Source: a virus
Lineage: Duplodnaviria; Caudoviricetes
Strand: one strand, 5' to 3'
DNA length: 25,354 bases
Virus record (IMG/VR): IMGVR_UViG_3300011113_000104
Span: 1 to 25,354 of that record
Position numbers and translations under genes: made by a program
Shown: in pieces, positions 17,989-24,962 of the stretch
How the letters are laid out: every line of letters begins with the position of its first letter
How positions within the stretch are numbered: the first letter of the stretch is position 1
Notes under the pieces: generated by a model
Seen by the model: only the letters and a program-made list of their open reading frames with translations
What the model was told of the DNA's origin: nothing
Database searches by the model: none

Positions 17989-18238
17989 GTGTTATATCCT
18001 TTCTCACTTTAATCCACTGCTTAGGTAGATGCATACGGGCATTGCTGTTGTCCATAGAGACTGTATTAGCAATGCACAGTGCGTCATCTGTTTCATCAAT
18101 AATCCACCCAATGCTGTGACAAAGGTGAACCTCTGCTTTAACATCCTCTTGCCATTCCACATCTGCTACTGCGTCAACCCACTGGATGTACTGCAAAGGG
18201 CAGGTGACCAAATCTGGTTTTCGTTTCTTCGTATCCAT
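17882..18238 (-). CDS. Hypothetical protein (IxWxDA...CxSIGW family)
   Basis: The core 'YIQWVDA...CHSIGWIIDETDD' fills the gap between the exonuclease and the resolvase; the start is uncertain. Confidence 0.6.
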   Translation of the reverse strand: MDTKKRKPDLVTCPLQYIQWVDAVADVEWQEDVKAEVHLCHSIGWIIDETDDALCIANTVSMDNSNARMHLPKQWIKVRKDITLETEQRQVQRKTPAKVGKRSNTSQVQSGGRRCSLS

Positions 18239-18870
18239 AACAATTGTCCATTCTCCAAGACTCTAGTTTCATCGTTGTCGTATGCTTCGAGTACTGCTTT
18301 GTACATATCGGCTTCGGTAATACAGTCCTCTAGAATCTTTGCCGCCTTCTTTGGACCTATTCCTTTTAGACCTATAATGTTATCAACTCTATCGCCAGTC
18401 AGTAACTGCATATAGAAATGTTTGATAGCTTGTTGGTCATCAATCAGGTACTTCGTATCCTTAATAAAGTTGTAGTGCCAACCACGAATCATATCAAGGT
18501 CTTTGTCGATGGACATGATGATATATTCTTCGATGTCTCCAATCTCATAAGCCTTGATACCTATAGCGTCATCAGCTTCCTGCCCCTCTACTACTTCACA
18601 GCCCCACGCTTTCTCAAGATACTCTCGAATCAATGCATAATGTTTAGGTTTAGTACCAACTCGATTACCTTTGTATGGTGCTGTTACTGCGATGTCCTTT
18701 CGGTAGTTGTTGGAACCAGTGAGATAACCTTGGTAGTCTCCTACCCAAGGCTTCATCACTAGCTCCTCCATAAACTCAGCACATCGTGCCAAGCACAGTT
18801 TGTCATTAACATCTTCGGAAGCGAATCCAATTCTGTAAGTGACGATGTCGGCATCGATGAGTGCTAACAT
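18166..18870 (-). CDS. 5'-3' exonuclease / RNase H (T7 gp6-like)
   Basis: LIDAD, YKGNR, EADD, SIDKDL, GDRVDNIIG and the H3TH GIGPK motif. Confidence 0.9.
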   Translation of the reverse strand: MLALIDADIVTYRIGFASEDVNDKLCLARCAEFMEELVMKPWVGDYQGYLTGSNNYRKDIAVTAPYKGNRVGTKPKHYALIREYLEKAWGCEVVEGQEADDAIGIKAYEIGDIEEYIIMSIDKDLDMIRGWHYNFIKDTKYLIDDQQAIKHFYMQLLTGDRVDNIIGLKGIGPKKAAKILEDCITEADMYKAVLEAYDNDETRVLENGQLLWIRRNENQIWSPALCSTSSGLTQ

Positions 18871-19103
18871 TACTTCTTCAGAAACGCAGCCATAGCTTCG
18901 AGTGCCTGTGCTGCTTGCTTCTTACTGGAGAACTCGTTGTCGTTGATAGTTACAGAACCATCAGAAGACACAGAGAACTTGAAGAAGTCTGAACCCCATA
19001 CTGTATGATTAAGTCCATCAACCTCTACCTCAAACACAGACTCTACTGGTGACACCTTGAAGTTAAACTTAGGTGACGGGGATGTTGCTTTCTTTGCTGT
19101 CAT
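18870..19103 (-). CDS. Hypothetical protein
   Basis: 77-aa ORF, SD AAGGA, TAATG coupling to the exonuclease. Confidence 0.7.
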   Translation of the reverse strand: MTAKKATSPSPKFNFKVSPVESVFEVEVDGLNHTVWGSDFFKFSVSSDGSVTINDNEFSSKKQAAQALEAMAAFLKK

Positions 19104-19114
19104 ATTATATCCTT

Positions 19115-19129
19115 TAGATAGTTATCTAT
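19115..19129. repeat. Palindromic element TAGATAGTTATCTAT, copy 1
   Basis: Intergenic, between the ssb stop and the next SD; arms TAGATA/TATCTA. Confidence 0.8.
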
Positions 19130-19528
19130 TTATAGTACGTTGTCATCGGCAGTAGCGTCTGCACCTGCATACTCAATCAGCTTGGTGACAGTTAGCTTGT
19201 TGATGCCAGCACTAACACCGCTCTTACCATTCTTGTTGTAAGCATAGGGTTTGATCAGCGCAATGCCTCGTGATCCATTGGCTACTTTGCAAGTGACCCT
19301 GTTACCGTCTGCATCAACAGTGGTGATAGGATAGTTCTTAGACTTAGCAGTAATGAAAAAACCTTTTTCTTCTTTATTGCGAACTGAGATACCAACTTCT
19401 TCCAATGCCTTAATAGCAGGCTTGGATAGGTTGCACAGGTCTACCTGATACTTACCCGACATCTGATTAGGGGTATCAAGAAATGCCCACATTAAATCAG
19501 CTTCAATCTTAAGAGGTTTTAAATCCAT
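19130..19528 (-). CDS. ssb: Single-stranded DNA-binding protein (T7 gp2.5-like)
   Basis: 'WAFL..PN.MSGKYQVDL' and 'VANGS' motifs, an acidic C-terminal tail, and position between polymerase and exonuclease. Confidence 0.7.
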   Translation of the reverse strand: MDLKPLKIEADLMWAFLDTPNQMSGKYQVDLCNLSKPAIKALEEVGISVRNKEEKGFFITAKSKNYPITTVDADGNRVTCKVANGSRGIALIKPYAYNKNGKSGVSAGINKLTVTKLIEYAGADATADDNVL

Positions 19529-19574
19529 AATGTTCTCCTGAACAAGTTAAGTTAAAAGTTACAGCTACCATAAT

Positions 19575-19602
19575 ATTATAGCACATCAGTGTAGTTTGTC
19601 AA
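19575..19602 (-). promoter_or_regulatory. Sigma70 promoter upstream of ssb
   Basis: On the minus strand: TTGACA, 16-nt spacer, TATAAT, with an extended -10 TG. Confidence 0.75.
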
Positions 19603-19789
19603 TATCCTCCTGTTTCACCTTATGAAATGTTGCCATCATCAGGGCAGTACTGAAGATGGATTGTAGTTCGTCCATGTCCTGAACTGAAGTCTTCATATGG
19701 ATAGTCTTGTCCTTACGTACACAAAGGAGGACAACATCTTCCATCCCTTCCCAGAACTCGTCTGTCTTATCTAGTGGGTGTTTGCCCAT
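19586..19789 (-). CDS. Hypothetical protein
   Basis: 67-aa ORF overlapping the polymerase 3' end; AAGGA SD upstream. Confidence 0.6.
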   Translation of the reverse strand: MGKHPLDKTDEFWEGMEDVVLLCVRKDKTIHMKTSVQDMDELQSIFSTALMMATFHKVKQEDIDKLH

Positions 19790-21429
19790 GTTTTTCCTTT
19801 CTTGTACTCACCATCCAAAGGGCATCGTAACTTCAGTACTTTACCCGCTTCCCTGATACTCTGTACTGCGAGGATGCCTACCATATCTGCCTCATCCTCA
19901 AGGCATTCTATCTGCCACTCGTCATGCACGTTGGCTACGAAGTGTGCATCAAGCTGGGTCTTCCTAAGCTTCTCATCCAACAGGACAAGAGCCTGCTTCA
20001 TAACTATTGCACCAGCACTCTGAAGCAATGTGTTGAGTGCGCTGTGCTGGGAACGGATCTGTAACCTGCGTCCATCAAGACCTTCAATCGTCCCTCCCGC
20101 TGATAGGTTTTCAACCTTGGTCCTAAGCTTTTGTAGGCTTGGCGTGTTCCGAAGAAAAGCACTCGTGAGGTCTTTACCTTCTTTAACTCCACCACCAACA
20201 ATCGCCCCAATTTTGGCAGGCCCTGCACCATAGAGCAAGGCATAGATAAAAGTCTTGGCCTGCGCCCGTGTAGCAAGACCTGCAGCCCTTTGGTTTTTCG
20301 TGTGGACATCAGTTCCCAACTCTTGCGATCCCTCTGTAACTGTCTTGACATACTCCTGATCCTTCATGTAATGAGCCAGCATCCTAAGTTCTAAGGCGCT
20401 AGCATCAGCACCTACCAATAGATAGTTATCTATTACTGTCCAACAATCCCTGCACTCATGTCCCCAAGGACTACTACTGCTAGGAACCTGAGCCATGTTG
20501 GGGCTGTGGTGTGTCATCCGTCCCGTGACTGCTCCGTTGGTGATGACCTTACCGTGAACCCGTCCGTCTTCAGATACAGCAGTAAGCCATGACTTAACCT
20601 GAGCCACCCGTTTCTGAATGAGTAGGTATTCGGCAATGAGCTTCGCTTCTGGTATATCAACTCCATCCAAGACTGACTCATCTACAATCACCGCTCCTTT
20701 CTCAGTATGCTTAGTAGGTTTCCATCCCTTGCTCATCAGACGCTTAGCTATCTGCTGACGAGAACCCGGATTGAATACCTCAACGTCATCCTTTAACTGC
20801 TTGCCTGTCTTCTCGCTAACTCTTTGGGTAGTGATAGGAGGGAAGATGATTTGGAGTTCGTGTTCTATCTCGCAAAGCCTACGCTCCCAATCGCCTACCA
20901 AACCCATAGCCTTAGCTACGTCCAACTTAAACCCACGCCTCTCCTGACCAGTTACAATCCACTGAACCTTGTGCTCAAGTTCGACTGACTGCTCAGAGAA
21001 ATCTAGTAGTTCCTTCTTCAAATAATTGTACAACTCACCACAGATTGTTACATCTTCCTTACAGTACTCCACCATCTCAGGCGTTAGGCCGCCCTCGAAA
21101 TCTTCGTACTCCTTCTTGGTTCTGCTTACGAGCCTTGCTAGATTTGCTAGGCTGTGACCCCCGTCCCTTGTAGGGTTTGACAGTCTTGACATAACCAGTG
21201 TATCCCGAACTTGGTTCATCTGAATCGTAGTCTTCCAGACCCTGTTCAATACTGGAAAGTCGAAGCTGATCCCGTTGTGTCCTACTATCAATGTAGCCTT
21301 CTTGATAAACTCTTGAAAGCTTTGTGCCTCTGTCCATACCATCACTTCCTTAGTATCCAGATTGTAAGTACAACAACACCAAATAGTGTCGTGCCTAAGA
21401 TTAGTTTCAATATCAAGTGCGATTCTCAT
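19771..21429 (-). CDS. polA: Family A DNA polymerase with 3'-5' exonuclease (T7 gp5-like)
   Basis: ExoI DIET, ExoII HNGISFD, ExoIII YCKED; motif A DASALELR, motif B RAQAKTFIYALLYG, motif C VHDE. Confidence 0.95.
   Translation of the reverse strand: MRIALDIETNLRHDTIWCCCTYNLDTKEVMVWTEAQSFQEFIKKATLIVGHNGISFDFPVLNRVWKTTIQMNQVRDTLVMSRLSNPTRDGGHSLANLARLVSRTKKEYEDFEGGLTPEMVEYCKEDVTICGELYNYLKKELLDFSEQSVELEHKVQWIVTGQERRGFKLDVAKAMGLVGDWERRLCEIEHELQIIFPPITTQRVSEKTGKQLKDDVEVFNPGSRQQIAKRLMSKGWKPTKHTEKGAVIVDESVLDGVDIPEAKLIAEYLLIQKRVAQVKSWLTAVSEDGRVHGKVITNGAVTGRMTHHSPNMAQVPSSSSPWGHECRDCWTVIDNYLLVGADASALELRMLAHYMKDQEYVKTVTEGSQELGTDVHTKNQRAAGLATRAQAKTFIYALLYGAGPAKIGAIVGGGVKEGKDLTSAFLRNTPSLQKLRTKVENLSAGGTIEGLDGRRLQIRSQHSALNTLLQSAGAIVMKQALVLLDEKLRKTQLDAHFVANVHDEWQIECLEDEADMVGILAVQSIREAGKVLKLRCPLDGEYKKGKTWANTH
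20417..20434. repeat. Palindromic element AATAGATAGTTATCTATT, copy 2 (inside polA)
   Basis: 8-bp perfect arms around GT; encodes VIDNYLL just before motif A. Confidence 0.8.
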
Positions 21430-21435
21430 CCTAAT

Positions 21436-21444
21436 ATTATATCA
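21436..21444 (-). promoter_or_regulatory. Extended -10 promoter directly before polA
   Basis: TGaTATAAT on the minus strand, 6 nt before the ATG; no recognisable -35. Confidence 0.55.
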
Positions 21445-23025
21445 CAGTTCTTTGTCTTCGTGTGTCTCACTCATTCGTCCAGTGATACGGTCATAGTACA
21501 AGGCACAGGCTGGGCCAGTCAAACCACTGAATCGATTCTTCAGAACCCTGACTCGTGTGGTGTGTCGCTCCTTCAGATCCTCTGACTGACCATTGCGCTC
21601 AAGACCTAACACCATGTCAGACAACTGACCTATAGAGCCAGACCCACGCAAGGCAGACAGGGACGTAGCCGCGCCCTCCTCGTGACCCTTACCATCAGGA
21701 CGCTTAAGATGTGACACGCAGAACAGTGCTATGCCTGTGCTCTGCACAATCATCCTAAGTTTGGTCATGATTTCATCTAAGGCTTTTCGTTCATCACCAT
21801 TGTCCTGTGCAGATACCACGATACTAACGTGATCAAGAAAAATATACTTGCAATCAAGAGCCTTAGCCATGAAACGAACTCTGTTGATAATGTTGTCGAT
21901 TGCAGTAGAGCCAAAGTGATCAAAAAGGAAGACACGACCAGTACCCAGTGTAGCGTCAAAAGCAGGTCGTAGTTCTTCATTCGTAGCCTCAGTGTCAGGT
22001 AGGTGCAATGGTTTGTTAGCCGCCAAGCTCATGATACTCTTGGCAGTACGCTTCACAGATTCCTCAAGGAACAGCAAGCCAATATTCTCATCGTTGCTGT
22101 TGTTCAGGATGTGGTACACATTCTCTCGCAGAAACTGTGACTTACCTAGCCCTGAGCCTGCAGTGATTGTGATTAACTCACCCTCTCGTATGCCATAGGT
22201 CAGGTCATTAAGACCAGAGAACGGATACTGAACCTTAGCTAACTCGACTGGCTGATTGACCAAGTCCCACAACCCAGCGCCATCGATGATACCATCAGGC
22301 GTGAACCTCTCAGCCTGCCACCAAGCATCTACGAACGCTTTGCCTTCGCCTTGTCCGTTGTATTCGCAGGCATCCTTAAGGTCTTTGGTTCCTTTAAATA
22401 TCTTGGCTTTAGTTCCAAGGACTTCAGCAACCTGCTCAGCAGCAGTTCGGCCTGCATCATCACTGTCAAAGCATAGGACAATGTTCTCGAATGAGTCGAG
22501 CCATTCGTAGTTCGCTTTGATATCCTGTACTGCATTACCTGCACCATTCCTAACAGAAACCACAGGGTACTTAGAACCCAGCATCTGATACGCCGCCGCA
22601 GCGTCAAACTCTCCCTCGCAAATAGTGACATACTTACCCCCTTTGTTAAATAACTGCTGCCCAAAGAGAGCACCTTGTTGCCACGAACCCTCGATGCTAA
22701 AGCGTTTGTCATCAGTGTTGCGTTTCTTGTACGCAACTAATGTGTCCCCATTGTAGTAGGGAAAGTAATAGAAGTTATCCTTCACCCCTATGCCATAGGT
22801 CTGACAGGTCTCACGAGTCAGTCCTCGATCAACCACAGAGCCATAGGTCAGGTCATGTACATTAGTCATCTTAGATTGAACCTTGGTTAGGTTTGGTTTC
22901 ATATCGCTCTTAGTTACTTTCTTCTCACCACATTTAAAGCACAGACTACCCCAGTCATAGTAGGTTAGTGCATCACTACTGCCACAGTCTGGACAAGGCT
23001 GGTGTGCCTTGAGTTGCTCAGCCAT
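21442..23025 (-). CDS. DNA primase-helicase (T7 gp4-like)
   Basis: Zn finger CPDC...CFKC, TOPRIM EGEFD and FDSD, Walker A GSGLGKS, LDH, VSHL and LRGSG. The likely start is ATG 23025 with SD GAGGAG. Confidence 0.95.
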   Translation of the reverse strand: MAEQLKAHQPCPDCGSSDALTYYDWGSLCFKCGEKKVTKSDMKPNLTKVQSKMTNVHDLTYGSVVDRGLTRETCQTYGIGVKDNFYYFPYYNGDTLVAYKKRNTDDKRFSIEGSWQQGALFGQQLFNKGGKYVTICEGEFDAAAAYQMLGSKYPVVSVRNGAGNAVQDIKANYEWLDSFENIVLCFDSDDAGRTAAEQVAEVLGTKAKIFKGTKDLKDACEYNGQGEGKAFVDAWWQAERFTPDGIIDGAGLWDLVNQPVELAKVQYPFSGLNDLTYGIREGELITITAGSGLGKSQFLRENVYHILNNSNDENIGLLFLEESVKRTAKSIMSLAANKPLHLPDTEATNEELRPAFDATLGTGRVFLFDHFGSTAIDNIINRVRFMAKALDCKYIFLDHVSIVVSAQDNGDERKALDEIMTKLRMIVQSTGIALFCVSHLKRPDGKGHEEGAATSLSALRGSGSIGQLSDMVLGLERNGQSEDLKERHTTRVRVLKNRFSGLTGPACALYYDRITGRMSETHEDKEL

Positions 23026-23317
23026 TGTTCTTCTCCTCATGTTCACGTTTTGCCGTTTCATCAACACGTTCTTGGCTTATGTTTACGGCATCGACATCAG
23101 GGGTAACTTCAGGGGTGCAATAGTTAGGTTTACCCCCGCAGTAAGACTTGACTGGCGGTTTTTCTTCCTGCGCTAGTGCTTGGCGTAGTGCTTCTTGTGC
23201 TTCCTTCCCAATACAAGCAAACCTCCATCCAAAATTAGCGCAAGGGTCTGTCAAACCATCTTCCCAAATGTCTAGGGCTTGCAACGCTAAATCTGCTGCT
23301 TTGCGTAGGTCAGCCAT
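23018..23317 (-). CDS. Hypothetical modular early protein
   Basis: Likely start ATG 23317 (SD AGGAG); MADLRKAADLALQAL...LRQALAQ. Confidence 0.65.
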   Translation of the reverse strand: MADLRKAADLALQALDIWEDGLTDPCANFGWRFACIGKEAQEALRQALAQEEKPPVKSYCGGKPNYCTPEVTPDVDAVNISQERVDETAKREHEEKNNG

Positions 23318-23543
23318 TAGTCTTCTCCTGATATGGACGAACAAACCACAGAGGGCAGGCAGTGACAGTACAATGCTTCACCTCGTCTGTTGCTCCGTGA
23401 CAGCAGTCATAACACTTGGCATTGATGCTCTTGCGTAGGCTCTCAGGGTCTTCACGCCAGTGGTCAATGGGTGTCTTGTGCTTGTACCCAGACCTCTTGG
23501 CAGCGTTAGCCTTAGCTAAATTAATCATCAGTTTCTCTTGCAA
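23310..23543 (-). CDS. Small Cys-rich (probable Zn-binding) protein
   Basis: 'INAKCYDCC...EVKHCTVTACPLW'. The likely start is TTG 23543, with GGAG 6 nt upstream. Confidence 0.65.
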   Translation of the reverse strand: MQEKLMINLAKANAAKRSGYKHKTPIDHWREDPESLRKSINAKCYDCCHGATDEVKHCTVTACPLWFVRPYQEKTNG

Positions 23544-23555
23544 TTTGAACTCCAA

Positions 23556-23571
23556 ATAGATAGTTATCTAT
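23556..23571. repeat. Palindromic element ATAGATAGTTATCTAT, copy 3
   Basis: Intergenic, with 7-bp arms, immediately upstream of the GGAG SD of the Cys-rich ORF. Confidence 0.8.
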
Positions 23572-23626
23572 GGTTAGGTATCAGGATAATCAGGGACAGC
23601 ACATGAAATGCAAGCCAAGGTGCAAT

Positions 23627-23818
23627 TCAGAATGCCACATCGCCTAATTGACTGAAGTCACTAACCCTCTTATCCAACTCCTTGCGTTGCTCTAGCAGGA
23701 CAGCCACATCCTTGATGACTTGGTTTGTCCCTAATAATTCTACGTAGTCTGCCACGTCATTAAGACAGAACCAGTAGTGTGCTTCTTCTTGAATCTGTTG
23801 TTGCTCTTCATAGTTCAT
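23627..23818 (-). CDS. Hypothetical protein
   Basis: 63-aa ORF, SD AAGGA, first gene after a strong promoter. Confidence 0.7.
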   Translation of the reverse strand: MNYEEQQQIQEEAHYWFCLNDVADYVELLGTNQVIKDVAVLLEQRKELDKRVSDFSQLGDVAF

Positions 23819-23879
23819 ACTTAGTATCCTTATTAAGATAATAATAATATTAAAGAACTCTTTAGATTACTTAATAGAT

Positions 23880-23908
23880 ATTATAGCATACTTAAATATC
23901 CAAGTCAA
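23880..23908 (-). promoter_or_regulatory. Sigma70 promoter for the replication operon
   Basis: On the minus strand: TTGACT, 17-nt spacer, TATAAT, with an extended -10 TG; an AT-rich leader follows. Confidence 0.75.
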
Positions 23909-24113
23909 GACTATGATCCACACACATATCGCTATAATCATCATCATCTTGTCTACAATCTTCTTCCTCAAGATCACTCCTGTCCAAAGTTAAAACATCA
24001 TCTTTTATTGTACCATAACAATTGTTACAGAGGTCTAAATACTCTTCAGTCTTTAGGGTCTTTCGAGTTGCCTCGAAGTCTGTCAGTGCTGCGTTGCAGC
24101 TAAGACATCTCAT
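23892..24113 (-). CDS. Zn-ribbon protein with acidic tail
   Basis: MRCLSC...DLCNNC then a D/E-rich C-terminus; the likely start is ATG 24113 (ATGA overlap). Confidence 0.7.
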   Translation of the reverse strand: MRCLSCNAALTDFEATRKTLKTEEYLDLCNNCYGTIKDDVLTLDRSDLEEEDCRQDDDDYSDMCVDHSLDLDI

Positions 24114-24280
24114 ACTTCCACCCACTTTCGATTAGCCCAGTCATAACTAAAGAGCGCACCTTCCTTAGTAATGCCATACAAGTTATTGTTTCTGTCAAAA
24201 GCAATTGACACAAACATCCGACAGTCTGCAATGACAATGTCTTGTACCACTTCTTCAACCACCTTCTTAGTCCTCGCCAT
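24110..24280 (-). CDS. Hypothetical protein (56 aa)
   Basis: MARTKKVVEEVV...; the likely start is 24280, with a purine-rich SD. Confidence 0.6.
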   Translation of the reverse strand: MARTKKVVEEVVQDIVIADCRMFVSIAFDRNNNLYGITKEGALFSYDWANRKWVEV

Positions 24281-24443
24281 ACCATTCCCTTCGTTCTTTA
24301 AGAGTGTCAATCAACTTTAACTTTTCCTTGTCATCCATGATTGACCAGTTCTCAATCTCCATGCGTGAGCGGAGACATCCAACACATAAGCCAATGTCAT
24401 ATTCAATCTGACATACATCGATGCAAGGACTATTTACGGTCAT
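24267..24443 (-). CDS. DUF1289 family small Cys-rich (putative Fe-S) protein
   Basis: 'SPCIDVC...CVGCLRSRMEIENW..M...EK' signature; SD GAGGAG 7 nt before ATG 24443. Confidence 0.8.
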   Translation of the reverse strand: MTVNSPCIDVCQIEYDIGLCVGCLRSRMEIENWSIMDDKEKLKLIDTLKERREWYGED

Positions 24444-24519
24444 CATCATTCTCCTCAGCAATTCCATACAATACAGCAAAGATAATAACACAAGCCATCA
24501 CTAGCAAGAAGTTTATCAT
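24430..24519 (-). CDS. 29-aa single-TM microprotein
   Basis: Not in the ORF track. MINFLLVMACVIIFAVLYGIAEENDDDRK; ATGA overlap with the upstream stop. Confidence 0.5.
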   Translation of the reverse strand: MINFLLVMACVIIFAVLYGIAEENDDDRK

Positions 24520-24662
24520 TTCATAGCCGCCATTGTCAAGCCGATATTCCCGATAGAATAACCTATAAACGCTATGCCTAAGCCAGTGTTGCCTTTGATA
24601 AGTAGGTCAACACTAACTACTGCATAGACAACACCTATGATTGCGATAAGCCATGCTGACAT
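24516..24662 (-). CDS. 48-aa two-TM membrane protein
   Basis: Not in the ORF track. MSAWLIAIIGVVYAVVSVDLLIKGNTGLGIAFIGYSIGNIGLTMAAMK; TAATG coupling. Confidence 0.7.
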   Translation of the reverse strand: MSAWLIAIIGVVYAVVSVDLLIKGNTGLGIAFIGYSIGNIGLTMAAMK

Positions 24663-24934
24663 TATTTCTTATCCTTCTCGTGTAACTCCTTAGCCTTGAC
24701 ATACACAGTTGCTGAGTGTAAGCCAATGACATAGTCGAGTTTACCAACAACACCCCAAGCCTTCTCCTTAATAGCAGTCTCCCGCATATCAATCATCTTG
24801 GCAAGGATAAAGATCTCAGCATGGTCTTGATTCTCGACAACCTCTTCGAGTTCTGCGATGCGGGTCTTCATCCAATCAACCTCATCTTTATAGTTCTCGT
24901 AATAAATCCAGTCTTCCTTGTCTATAGTAGACAT
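24662..24934 (-). CDS. Hypothetical coiled-coil protein
   Basis: SD AAGGAG before ATG 24934 (MSTIDKEDW...); an alternative in-frame start exists at 25003. Confidence 0.6.
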   Translation of the reverse strand: MSTIDKEDWIYYENYKDEVDWMKTRIAELEEVVENQDHAEIFILAKMIDMRETAIKEKAWGVVGKLDYVIGLHSATVYVKAKELHEKDKK

Positions 24935-24962
24935 ACGCTTCTCCTTATGTTTACCTGCACCA

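Noticed and set aside
19101-19114. TATAAT immediately before the 77-aa ORF as a fifth minus-strand promoter
   Set aside because: It serves as the SD-to-ATG spacer (AAGGA-TATAAT-ATG) and lacks both an extended TG and a -35.
23026-23067. Longer upstream start for the primase-helicase (similarly 4468, 6983, 24491 and 25093 for other genes)
   Set aside because: The downstream ATGs have proper SDs or stop-start coupling, and the extensions overlap neighbouring genes.
19115-23571. The palindromic repeats as a CRISPR array or transposon ends
   Set aside because: Only 15 bp, spaced kilobases apart, with no cas or transposase gene and no target-site duplications.
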